Below are positions 53,449 through 62,412 of a stretch of DNA of 64,000 bases, piece by piece (within the stretch, counting starts at the first letter, position 1; every line of letters begins with the position of its first letter). Source of the DNA: Candidatus Levyibacteriota bacterium (GTDB lineage Bacteria > Patescibacteriota > Microgenomatia > Levybacterales > UBA12049). The notes under the pieces are model-generated. The model saw only the letters and a program-made list of their open reading frames with translations, had not been told where the DNA came from and searched no databases. The stretch spans positions 16,769 to 80,768 of the forward strand of contig JACQKQ010000012.1 of the NCBI GenBank assembly GCA_016204465.1, written 5' to 3'. The position numbers were made by a program, and so were the translations under genes.

Positions 53449-53919
53449 TTAAAGATTTTCAAAACGCACTTCGTCTCCAATTTTTATGTCGTATTCTTTT
53501 GACAATCCAGCATTAATTTCCAGTACCCTATTTGCCTCTTTCTGTGGGCGATAAATCGGAGGATTGTTATCACCTTCTACTGCAGGTTGTACGTTGTCAT
53601 AGATAGTGACAATTTTATTTTCTTTAATAAAGAGCATATCTATTGGGATTTTCATATTTTTCATCCAGAATGGATGGTAGTCTGCCGACGCAAAAATAAA
53701 GAGCATCCCTTGATCCTTTGGAAATGATTTATGTTCTGATAGGCCGATTTGTTGCTGTTCCGGCGTTTTTGCAAGAAGCAGTTGGAAAGTGCGGTCTTTG
53801 ATTGTCGCGGTTGATTTTTTCGCAAAAGGGTTGGGGTTGTTTTTGAGATAGTTTTGGGAAAATGGAATCGCCGCAACAACAGCGACAAGCAATGCAAAGA
53901 GCGCAAGTATTATTTTCAT
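53449..53919 (-). CDS. DUF192-domain protein with signal/anchor
   Basis: GMLFIF...FWMKNMKIPIDMLFI...LEINAG pattern. Confidence 0.65.
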   Translation of the reverse strand: MKIILALFALLVAVVAAIPFSQNYLKNNPNPFAKKSTATIKDRTFQLLLAKTPEQQQIGLSEHKSFPKDQGMLFIFASADYHPFWMKNMKIPIDMLFIKENKIVTIYDNVQPAVEGDNNPPIYRPQKEANRVLEINAGLSKEYDIKIGDEVRFENL

Positions 53920-53921
53920 TT

Positions 53922-54410
53922 CTAATACAACCTTTCTGCTAGTAGTTGGGCAAGCTTGCTTGTTGACGTGTCAGCTAAAGGCGCAATAACTTCAATTACT
54001 TTTGCTCCAGTTTTTTCAGCCTGCCTTTGTTTTTGTTTTTTAAATGGATCGTGTTTTGTGATTGCTATTATAGCAGGTTTTATTTGCTGCGTCAGGCGAT
54101 CATAGCTTATATCATCCAGTTTTTTGGGTAGTGGTATAACAGTATCAACAGTTCGTAATGCCGAAAGGACATGCGCCCGGTTATCTTGTGTATTAATTGG
54201 CCGATCACTGCCCTTGAGTGCCCGTACCGATTCATCGTGCTCCAAAAGAACAAAAAGGAAATCGCCCTGCTTTTTTGCGTTTTCCAAAAAAGCAATATGG
54301 CCAATATGGAGGATATCAAAACAACCACCAACTAGGACGATGCGCTTGTGTTGACCTCGTAACTTTTCGGCTAGTTTAACGGCTTCTTCGGTTGTTAAAA
54401 TTTTCTTCAT
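53922..54410 (-). CDS. Cytidylyltransferase-like nucleotidyltransferase (RfaE-II/RibL/TagD type)
   Basis: VLVGGCFDILHIGHIAFL (HxGH). Confidence 0.7.
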   Translation of the reverse strand: MKKILTTEEAVKLAEKLRGQHKRIVLVGGCFDILHIGHIAFLENAKKQGDFLFVLLEHDESVRALKGSDRPINTQDNRAHVLSALRTVDTVIPLPKKLDDISYDRLTQQIKPAIIAITKHDPFKKQKQRQAEKTGAKVIEVIAPLADTSTSKLAQLLAERLY

Positions 54411-54496
54411 AAATTTCTAATTATTCTAATCAAATCCCAATTTCGAAATTTGGAAATTCATTAGAAATTAGGTCAATTAGACCAATTAGGTCAATT
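54411..54496. repeat. AT-rich word repeats and palindrome (CCCAATTTCGAAATTTGG; CAATTAG units)
   Basis: Shares the words GGAAATT and TTAGAAATTAG with the rpsD leader arrays at 28045-28079. Confidence 0.75.
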
Positions 54497-55942
54497 TTCT
54501 TTTGTTCCTCTTAAGTAAACTGCTTGCCAGGGTCGGTAGTTTGAAACAAATTTATCAGAGAGCATAGTCTTTCCGTTTTTTTTTACCTCTCGAGTAAAAA
54601 CTACTATTGCTCCTGCTGCAGCAAAATCCACCTGCTTTACCTCTCCTTTTGGCAAGGTGGGATCGTCTTGGTACAGCGGCTCCGGAGCAGGTATTTGATT
54701 TGTTATAGCAGGTTTTGAGAGAGTAACTTCACGTCCATCCGAAGTTCCATATAAATTGAATGTAAGCTCTGCATTGGTCTGGTCTACGACACTTTGGATA
54801 AGAATATATTTTCCCGTGTCGTTTTTAAACCGAAAATCAACAGAGGGAACGTAAATCGTCGCATCAAATCCCGGTGGAGAATCTTGTTCATAATAAGCAA
54901 CTCGATACGCATGAGCATTGCGTTCGACGATTGGGAGGCCTGCGTTAAGGACGGCGCGGAAAAATGTTGTTGAAACTTGGCAAACTCCACCACCGTCTCC
55001 TAAGACTGTCCGGCCATTTTGGATAATGTAGGCTTGTTTATAGCCGGTGAATTCAGATATATCGCCAAGCACTTTGTTAAACGAGAATATTTCGTCTGGT
55101 GCAACCAGCACGCCGTTAATGCGAGATGCAGCAAGGCTAATGTTGTAGGTTCTAGTTGCAATGGATCCGCGATACAAAGATGTACCGCTTCCGATAAGCT
55201 CCTCAATGCCAAGGTTATTCACCTTGTCCGTCGTAATTTTTGGTTTGAGAATTTTGACTGGAATAGGAATAGTAATTGCTTGTGGCTCTTTTGCTGTCAA
55301 AATAAGCACACGCTTTGTACTAATATCCTTTTTTAACTTTTCCATGTCAAGTTCCTGTCCTTCCTGCGAAGGTCTAAACGTAATAACACGGCCGTTTTCA
55401 AAAGAAAAAAGCGCCTCCACAGGTTCGGCATAAATCTCTTTTGCAATCGGGTCAAGCAGCTCCTTTAGAGTATTTTCTGAAAATGTATATGATGCCGGAA
55501 AATAGATACCATTAAGGTATGCTTGGAAAATAAGGCTTCCATTCGAGAGCGGATCGTTCGATCTCCCTACGCTGTATGCTTGCAATGCCAGAAGCTTGCC
55601 GTCAAAACCAATGCCAAGCGTTTCCGCTGTTGTTGCGACTGTTTTATCCTTATGGGTAAAAATAAGCTTTTTTTCTCCAAGCCTAGCGTTTTTTTCAGCA
55701 AAGATTTTTTCTATTTCCTCCTGCGTTTTTCCTCCTACCTCAATTCCGGCTACAAGGATTCCAGGATATACAGCATGCGCAAAGAGTTTCTGAAAGAGAA
55801 TAAATGCAAAACTAATAAACAGAAAAAATCCCAGGCTTACACCGACAGTAAACCAAAAAAAAATCCTTAATATTGCTTTTACCTTACTTCGTTTAGTATC
55901 TTTGTTTGGATTATGGTGGCCTACCTGTTTACGTTTGATCAT
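54491..55942 (-). CDS. VanW-family protein with N-terminal membrane anchor
   Basis: INGVLVAPDEIFSFNKVLG...GYKQAYII...GGGVCQVSTTFF is a VanW core. Confidence 0.8.
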   Translation of the reverse strand: MIKRKQVGHHNPNKDTKRSKVKAILRIFFWFTVGVSLGFFLFISFAFILFQKLFAHAVYPGILVAGIEVGGKTQEEIEKIFAEKNARLGEKKLIFTHKDKTVATTAETLGIGFDGKLLALQAYSVGRSNDPLSNGSLIFQAYLNGIYFPASYTFSENTLKELLDPIAKEIYAEPVEALFSFENGRVITFRPSQEGQELDMEKLKKDISTKRVLILTAKEPQAITIPIPVKILKPKITTDKVNNLGIEELIGSGTSLYRGSIATRTYNISLAASRINGVLVAPDEIFSFNKVLGDISEFTGYKQAYIIQNGRTVLGDGGGVCQVSTTFFRAVLNAGLPIVERNAHAYRVAYYEQDSPPGFDATIYVPSVDFRFKNDTGKYILIQSVVDQTNAELTFNLYGTSDGREVTLSKPAITNQIPAPEPLYQDDPTLPKGEVKQVDFAAAGAIVVFTREVKKNGKTMLSDKFVSNYRPWQAVYLRGTKEN

Positions 55943-55995
55943 TTGCCTTAAGTCTTTGTGGTATTATACTATAAAAGCATATCGTAATATACGAG

Positions 55996-57441
55996 ATGAG
56001 CGAAGAAACAGTATTCCAAAGCAACCAAGAGCAAAAACCCTCACCCACTCCGCCTGTGGCGCCCCGCGTGCTCGTGCCACAAGCGCCAAGCCAAGGTGGG
56101 TCGTATAAGGAGTATACGCGATCCGGTCCGCCCCTTGTTCTTGGCGCAAATTTCTTAACAATGATAAAACTTATTGTTTTTGGATTACTGCTAATTATTG
56201 TTGCATTTGTGGCGTACCGGTTTATTACCCCGCTTTTTATGAAAAAAGACGAAGCAGTAACCATCTCGTACTGGGGTTTATGGGAAGACAATAAGACAAT
56301 GCAGGGGATTATCGAAGAATTCCAAAAGGAGCATCCAACGATTCAAGTCGTCTACACAAAATCAGATATCAAACAATATCGTGAACGTCTTCTTGCAAGA
56401 ACCGAATCAGGCAAAGGCCCCGACGTATTTCGTTTCCATAATACTTGGCTACTACAGCTTAAATCTTTACTCTTGCCGCTGCCTAAAGAGGTGATAACAA
56501 AAGAAGAGTTGCAGTCTATGTACTACCCTGTTGTGCAGCAGGACGTTATTCTAAATGGCGCAATCTACGGCATACCGCTTGAAGTAGATACGCTTGCCCT
56601 TTTTACCAATAAAGATATATTTGATGCAGCAGGTGTGTCGGTACCAACAAATTGGAATGATTTCGACAGCGTTGCGCGAACACTCACAGTAAAAGACGGT
56701 GAAGGTAATATAAAAACAGCAGGAGCTGCAATGGGAACTTTTGATAATATTTCCCACGCTTCCGATATTATTTCGTTGCTTTTTGCACAAAACGGAGCGG
56801 AAACACGAAATTTATCCGGTACATTACAAGATGCCTCCGATGCGCTGGATTTCTACACATCATTTGCGAAGGGAGATGGAAAGGTGTGGGATGAAACTCA
56901 AGATATGTCACTGTTTTCATTTGCCAAGGGAAACCTTGCGATGTACTTTGGGTATTCCTGGGATATCTTTTTGCTACAAGCAGTTAACCCTAATTTATCA
57001 TTTGCCGTTTATCCTGTACCTTATTTGCCAGACAGGAAGATGACTATTGCAAGTTACTGGGTGGAAGGTGTTTCAACTGCAAGCAGAAATCAGAAAGAAG
57101 CACTCCTTTTTTTACAATTCCTAACAAGTAGGGAAACAGTGCAAAAATTATTTACAGAACAAGCAAAAACACGTTCCTTTGGCGAGCCATACGCACGGGT
57201 TGACCTTGCCGAAACCGCAAAGGATAATTCTCTTCTTTATCCGTTTGTCTCCCAAGCACCAAATGCAGTGTCAACATTTTTTGCAAGCGATACATTCGAT
57301 AACGGATTTAACGCACAGATGAACGGTTATTTGGGAAATGCAGCTCGTTCTGTATTGGGGAATACATCCTCACAGACTGCGGTAGAAATACTTTCCCAAG
57401 GCATCTCAAAAGTACTGGAACAATACGAAGCAAACAAGTAA
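55996..57441 (+). CDS. Extracellular solute-binding protein (ABC sugar-binding family) with N-terminal anchor
   Basis: ISYWGLWED..., GKGPDVFRFHNTW, YGIPLEVDTLALFTNKD. Confidence 0.8.
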   Translation: MSEETVFQSNQEQKPSPTPPVAPRVLVPQAPSQGGSYKEYTRSGPPLVLGANFLTMIKLIVFGLLLIIVAFVAYRFITPLFMKKDEAVTISYWGLWEDNKTMQGIIEEFQKEHPTIQVVYTKSDIKQYRERLLARTESGKGPDVFRFHNTWLLQLKSLLLPLPKEVITKEELQSMYYPVVQQDVILNGAIYGIPLEVDTLALFTNKDIFDAAGVSVPTNWNDFDSVARTLTVKDGEGNIKTAGAAMGTFDNISHASDIISLLFAQNGAETRNLSGTLQDASDALDFYTSFAKGDGKVWDETQDMSLFSFAKGNLAMYFGYSWDIFLLQAVNPNLSFAVYPVPYLPDRKMTIASYWVEGVSTASRNQKEALLFLQFLTSRETVQKLFTEQAKTRSFGEPYARVDLAETAKDNSLLYPFVSQAPNAVSTFFASDTFDNGFNAQMNGYLGNAARSVLGNTSSQTAVEILSQGISKVLEQYEANK

Positions 57442-57462
57442 CCTCCGTAGTATAATTGCTCC

Positions 57463-58344
57463 ATGTCCGACGCGATCCAACGTGCAATTCTTCGTACCCT
57501 TATATACGCAGATATTTTTAGCTATCCGCTCACTCTTGCCCAGCTGCATAAGTTTCTTATTTTTAACCGGCCGGTTTCTAAAAAAAATATTAAAAACATA
57601 TGTCAACAAATGTCTTCTGTACGAAAGGAGGATGATTTCTATATGTTAAAAAAAAGCAGGATAAATATTGCCATTCGTAAGATAAAAGAAGCGTCAAGCA
57701 ACGAAAAAATTGCATTTGCAAGGCAGTTGACGCGTATTTTTCGAATTATCCCTTGGGTGCTTTTTGTTGGAATAAGCGGTGCAGTTGCTGCAGGGAATGC
57801 TAGAAAAAAAGACGATATTGATTTCTTTGTAATTGCCAAGCGAAAAAGACTTTGGCTTACGAGGTTTTTTCTTGTTATACTTTTACAGATCTTTGGACTT
57901 AGGAGAAAACGATTAGAGAAAAAAGTTATGAATACGATTTGCCTCAATATGCTTCTTGATGAACGTTGCCTTTTGCTTGGCAGCAAAAGGCAAGACGTAT
58001 ATACCGCTCATGAGATTGTTCAGATGCTGCCGATTTTTGATCGTGGAGATACATATAGCCGGTTCCTTATGGCAAATAAATGGGTAAGAGGATATTTACC
58101 CAATAGCATAGATACTAAAATATTAAGATATTACGATATTAAGAAAAAATCACCTAATATCCCAATATTTCAATATTTTAGTATCATAGAATTAATTGCA
58201 AAACAATTACAGCTGTGGTACATGAGAAAACATAGAACGCATGAAATAATAACCGATAACATGCTTGCTTTTCACCCAGTTGATTATAGAAAAAAGGTAC
58301 TTTTTTTATACACAAAAAGACTTAAGCAGTATGGCATTGTATAA
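57463..58344 (+). CDS. Hypothetical protein, possible pol-beta-like nucleotidyltransferase fold
   Basis: GISGAVAAGNARKKDDIDFFV resembles the GS...DxD NTase motif. Weak evidence. Confidence 0.35.
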   Translation: MSDAIQRAILRTLIYADIFSYPLTLAQLHKFLIFNRPVSKKNIKNICQQMSSVRKEDDFYMLKKSRINIAIRKIKEASSNEKIAFARQLTRIFRIIPWVLFVGISGAVAAGNARKKDDIDFFVIAKRKRLWLTRFFLVILLQIFGLRRKRLEKKVMNTICLNMLLDERCLLLGSKRQDVYTAHEIVQMLPIFDRGDTYSRFLMANKWVRGYLPNSIDTKILRYYDIKKKSPNIPIFQYFSIIELIAKQLQLWYMRKHRTHEIITDNMLAFHPVDYRKKVLFLYTKRLKQYGIV

Positions 58345-59344
58345 GTTTTCAGTCTGCGGTGGAACATTCGACCTTTTGCATAAAGGGCATAAAGATTTCC
58401 TTAAGGCAATTTGCGCCAGGAGCGAAAAAGTGCTTGTCGGTATTACTTCAGACGTTTATGTTCGCAAAAAAAGCAAGTTAACAGTACAGTCATACAAGAA
58501 GCGAGAGAAAGCTTTAATTTCGTTTGCCAAAAAAGAAAAGCTGTTAAAAAAGATTGTGCATAGAGCAATTGATACATTGTATATACCATTACAGTGGGAA
58601 TCCTTACCAATAGAGGCCATTTTTGTTTCACAAGAAACGAAATTTGGTGCAGATGCGATTAACGGAAAAAGAAAAAAAGAAAAAAAACAGCCTATTGAAG
58701 TAGTTATAGTTCCATTTAGCCTTGCTGAAGATGGAAAACCAATATCGGCGTCTCGGATTCGTGAGGGGACTATTGACAGTAATGGCTTGCTGTACATTCG
58801 ACCTGATTGGCTCTCGGAAAAAAGAAAGCTTCCCGAAAGTCTTCGTCATATATTTCAAAAACCGTTTGATACGCTCATTACCAATTTTTCCTCTTGGTTT
58901 TTTACAGCAAACATTAATCCGAAAATGCTAATATCTGTTGGCGACGTCGCCACAAAGTCGCTTAATGCGGAAAACCTAAAACATGCAATTTCGATTATTG
59001 ATTTTTTGGTAAGACGCAAGGAGCAATTTTACAGTATCCGCGATCATGGGTTTTTGGGAGACGAAAAAGTTTTAACCGTAGAAAATCCAGCTGGTTTTGT
59101 TACACCTTCGCTGCTTAAAGCTGTTATGCAGGCGTTTAGTCTTGTAAAAGAACATGGGCGTGTAGTTATTAGAATCGTTGGAGAAGAAGATCTGGCCGTT
59201 TTGCCAGTTCTCGTGTCAGCTCCGCTTGATTGGACGATTATCTACGGCCAACCAAATCAGGGAATTGTTGTAGTTAGGGTTACCGAAGAAAACAAAGCAC
59301 GTGCAAGATCCCTTTTTGCTCAATTTCTACCCTCATCTGTGTAA
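58331..59344 (+). CDS. Fusion of phosphopantetheine adenylyltransferase-like cytidylyltransferase domain and DUF359 (archaeal GTP-dependent dephospho-CoA kinase) domain
   Basis: The N-terminal half has CGGTFDLLHKGHKDFL (HxGH). The C-terminal half has SVGDVATKS...IDFLVRRKE...GEEDLAVLPVL...IYGQPNQGIVVV, as in DUF359 proteins. Confidence 0.7.
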   Translation: MALYKFSVCGGTFDLLHKGHKDFLKAICARSEKVLVGITSDVYVRKKSKLTVQSYKKREKALISFAKKEKLLKKIVHRAIDTLYIPLQWESLPIEAIFVSQETKFGADAINGKRKKEKKQPIEVVIVPFSLAEDGKPISASRIREGTIDSNGLLYIRPDWLSEKRKLPESLRHIFQKPFDTLITNFSSWFFTANINPKMLISVGDVATKSLNAENLKHAISIIDFLVRRKEQFYSIRDHGFLGDEKVLTVENPAGFVTPSLLKAVMQAFSLVKEHGRVVIRIVGEEDLAVLPVLVSAPLDWTIIYGQPNQGIVVVRVTEENKARARSLFAQFLPSSV

Positions 59345-59360
59345 GATATACTAGAGGTCA

Positions 59361-59389
59361 TTGACAAAGAGGAAAGGATGGTTTAATAT
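59361..59389 (+). promoter_or_regulatory. Putative promoter upstream of greA
   Basis: TTGACA (59361-59366), a 17-nt spacer, and TAATAT (59384-59389). Confidence 0.5.
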
Positions 59390-59412
59390 GCTTTTTGCTT
59401 TAATAAAACACC

Positions 59413-59447
59413 CCCTCAAACCGTAAAAAGATGAGGGTTTTTATTTT
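59413..59447 (+). terminator. Intrinsic terminator-like hairpin in the greA leader
   Basis: CCCTCA-13 nt-TGAGGG followed by TTTTTATTTT, ending 7 nt before the greA ATG. Confidence 0.55.
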
Positions 59448-59453
59448 GAAAAC

Positions 59454-59930
59454 ATGAAAAACGGAAAAAAGATCTATTTAACAAAGGAAGGCTTAACAGA
59501 GCTAAAACATGAGCACGAAGAGCTGATAAAAGTAAAACGGCCTGATGTTCTTGAGCGAGTTTCACAAGCGCGGAATTTAGGCGACCTTTCCGAGAATGCC
59601 GAGTATGTTGCAGCGCGCGATGAACTATCGTTTATTGACGGAAGAATTAGTGAGCTTGAAGAACTTATCGGCCAAGCAAGCCTTATTCACGCAGGAGGAA
59701 AAAACAGCAATAACAAAACAATTAAGCTTGGTTCAAAAGTTACCTTACACCACAAAGGTAAAAAAGACGATTATATGGTTGTTGGCGAGTGGGAGGCAGA
59801 TCCGAAGGAAAAGAAAATCTCACACGAATCCCCTCTTGGCAAAGCACTAATTGGGAAAAAAGTCGGCGATAGTATTGAAGTCGAAGCCCCCGCTGGAAAA
59901 CTCCTCTATACGATTATCTCCTTAGGATAA
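59454..59930 (+). CDS. greA: Transcription elongation factor GreA
   Basis: LTKEGL..L..E...L...RP.....V..AR..GDLSENAEY.AAR.E coiled coil plus a C-terminal FKBP-like domain. Confidence 0.92.
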   Translation: MKNGKKIYLTKEGLTELKHEHEELIKVKRPDVLERVSQARNLGDLSENAEYVAARDELSFIDGRISELEELIGQASLIHAGGKNSNNKTIKLGSKVTLHHKGKKDDYMVVGEWEADPKEKKISHESPLGKALIGKKVGDSIEVEAPAGKLLYTIISLG

Positions 59931-59936
59931 GCCTTA

Positions 59937-60902
59937 ATGAAAATCTACCAAGATTTTCCTCTATCAAAGATTCTCTACTATCGAATTGGTGGCACTGCGC
60001 GGTACGTTATTAATGTCCAGTCAATAGACGATGTAAAGGAGGCTCTTGTCTTCATTAAACAAGAAAATATTCCGCGCGTAATGCCGATTGGGCTTGGCGC
60101 AAATATTCTTGTAAACGACACACCGTTTGACGGCGCTATACTTTGGTTTAAAAAATCTAATTCTCGAAAGATTAGATTAACAAAAGAGGGTTTAATTGAG
60201 GCGTTTGCTTCAGAAATGCTTGACGAGCTTATTCAGTTTTCTTTTGCAAATAGCTCTGTCGGACTTGAATGGGCAGGAGGCTTGCCCAGCACTATTGGCG
60301 GAGCAATTAGGGGCAATGTAGGAGCGTATGGGGGAGAAATTAAAGACAACGTTGTGAAGGTCGAGGTGTTAGAGGTTGCACAAAACGGAGTAAATCAAAG
60401 AATAATGGCTCTTCAAGATTGTGATTTTTCTTACAGGAGCAGTTTCTTTAAAAAGAATAAAAATGTCTTTATCGTAGCCGGGTACTTTTCTCTTAAAAAG
60501 GGAAACAAGAAGGACGTAAAGGAAGCCAGAAGTATCTACGCTTCCCACATTGTTGAGAGAAAGGTAAATCATCCTCTTGAGTATCCAAATTGCGGATCGG
60601 TGTTTAAAAATATTGTTGAGACCAAAAAAGTTGCGAAAATTATTTCTGTCTGGCCTGAAGTTACAGAGTTTTCAGAGAATAAATGGCATGGTAAGATTGC
60701 CATGGGATACGTTATTAAACGACTTGGGTTTAGTGGATATCAAGTAGGCGGCGCGCAAGTTTCTGAAAAACATGCAAATTATATTATCAATATAAAAAAA
60801 GCTCGTTTTTCCGATGTAGTCGCAATCATAGAAACAATAAAAAGGACTTTTTATCAAACATTTGGTTTTTACCCAGATACTGAAGTAGAAATTATCTACT
60901 AA
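59937..60902 (+). CDS. murB: UDP-N-acetylenolpyruvoylglucosamine reductase
   Basis: YRIGGTARY, GLGANILV, GGAIRGNVGAYGGE, GSVFKN motifs. Confidence 0.9.
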   Translation: MKIYQDFPLSKILYYRIGGTARYVINVQSIDDVKEALVFIKQENIPRVMPIGLGANILVNDTPFDGAILWFKKSNSRKIRLTKEGLIEAFASEMLDELIQFSFANSSVGLEWAGGLPSTIGGAIRGNVGAYGGEIKDNVVKVEVLEVAQNGVNQRIMALQDCDFSYRSSFFKKNKNVFIVAGYFSLKKGNKKDVKEARSIYASHIVERKVNHPLEYPNCGSVFKNIVETKKVAKIISVWPEVTEFSENKWHGKIAMGYVIKRLGFSGYQVGGAQVSEKHANYIINIKKARFSDVVAIIETIKRTFYQTFGFYPDTEVEIIY

Positions 60903-60918
60903 GTGCTATAATGCAAAT

Positions 60919-62412
60919 ATGTTTTGGGCAGATGCACTGTTAGAAAAGCTTTCTGGCAAACAACGTATCAATGATTCTTTCACACCTTCGGGGCCTGTGC
61001 ATATGGGATCCCTTAAGGGGCCAATTCTTCATGACACTTTGTATAGGATATTAAAATCACAAAATAAAGAAGTTGAATTTTGGTACGGGTTTGATGATGC
61101 AGATCCAATCGATGGCTTACCAAAAGAACTACAGGAGTCGCATGAAAAATATTTAGGAGTGCCTCTTTTCCTTGCTCCTTCTCCAGAGAAAAAAGGATCA
61201 TTTGCGGATTATTTTATTAATAGGATGAAAAAGCTATTAGACCAGCTTGACATTCATCCAAAATATTACCGGACGAGTGAATTATATAAGGAAGGAATGT
61301 TTAATAATGCAATACAATTTATCTTAGATCATAGGCAAGAAGTAAGAGGTGTATATAGTAAAGTGTATAAAAAGGAGATAGCAAAAGATTGGTATCCCCT
61401 TCAGGTAATTTGTCCAAAGTGTGGAAAATTAGGAACAACAAAAGTGGTTAAGTGGGATGGAAAAGAAATTTCTTTTTTATGTGAAGAAAATCTGGTGAAA
61501 TGGGCAAAAGGTTGCGGATTTTCAGGAAAAGTATCGCCGTTTAATGGCACAAGCAAAATGCCCTGGAAGGTTGAATGGGCTGCAAAGTGGTGGACATTTG
61601 GCGTAACAATAGAGGGTGCAGGGAAGGATCATGCTTCGGCTGGAGGTTCTTACGATATTGCTATGAAGCTTACTAGCGAAGTATTTCGCACAAAACCGCC
61701 ATTAAAATTTGCATATGAATTTTTTCTTTCAGGAGGCAAAAAAATGTCATCTTCAAAAGGCCTTGGTCTTTGGGGAAATCAGTTATTGGAGGTTCTTCCA
61801 CCAGAAATAGTACATTTTCTTATGATTTATCTAAATCCTAATATCGCGGTTGAATTTAGTCCTACTGAAACAATACCAAAAATTTATGACTTGTACTCAC
61901 TTGCGGGACAAGATTATTTTTTTGATAAAAAAGATAAGAGATTGCCAATAATAAGAGCATATGAACTTTCGCAGTTAAAGAGTTTAAAAAAACCGCCAGC
62001 AGTTAGGTTTACAACGCTTGCACAATGGGCACAAATGCCGAATATGGAACAAAAAATAAAAGAAGAACATTTGGAGAGATGGGTAAAGTACGCACGAACT
62101 TGGGTTGACCGTTTTGCGCCGGAATCGGACAAATTTACTGTGCAAAAAAATGTTCCCGATGCTGTAAAAGAATTAACTGATGATCAAAAAAGATATCTCA
62201 AAAACGTTGTGCAACAACTAGAAAAAAAATGGGAGCCAGAAGATTTTCAAAAAAATCTCTATAATCTTGCAAAAAAAATTGGCATTTCTTCAAAAGACGC
62301 GTTCGCTGCGATATACCTTTCGCTGCTTGGAAAAAATCACGGCCCAAAAGCCGGCTGGCTTATTCTTTCATTGGATAATGAATTTGTTAAAAAGAGGTTT
62401 AATGAAATTTAG
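60919..62412 (+). CDS. lysS: Lysyl-tRNA synthetase, class I (archaeal type)
   Basis: TPSGPVHMGSLKG (HIGH-like) and KMSSSKG (KMSKS). The overall layout matches class I LysRS. Confidence 0.85.
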   Translation: MFWADALLEKLSGKQRINDSFTPSGPVHMGSLKGPILHDTLYRILKSQNKEVEFWYGFDDADPIDGLPKELQESHEKYLGVPLFLAPSPEKKGSFADYFINRMKKLLDQLDIHPKYYRTSELYKEGMFNNAIQFILDHRQEVRGVYSKVYKKEIAKDWYPLQVICPKCGKLGTTKVVKWDGKEISFLCEENLVKWAKGCGFSGKVSPFNGTSKMPWKVEWAAKWWTFGVTIEGAGKDHASAGGSYDIAMKLTSEVFRTKPPLKFAYEFFLSGGKKMSSSKGLGLWGNQLLEVLPPEIVHFLMIYLNPNIAVEFSPTETIPKIYDLYSLAGQDYFFDKKDKRLPIIRAYELSQLKSLKKPPAVRFTTLAQWAQMPNMEQKIKEEHLERWVKYARTWVDRFAPESDKFTVQKNVPDAVKELTDDQKRYLKNVVQQLEKKWEPEDFQKNLYNLAKKIGISSKDAFAAIYLSLLGKNHGPKAGWLILSLDNEFVKKRFNEI

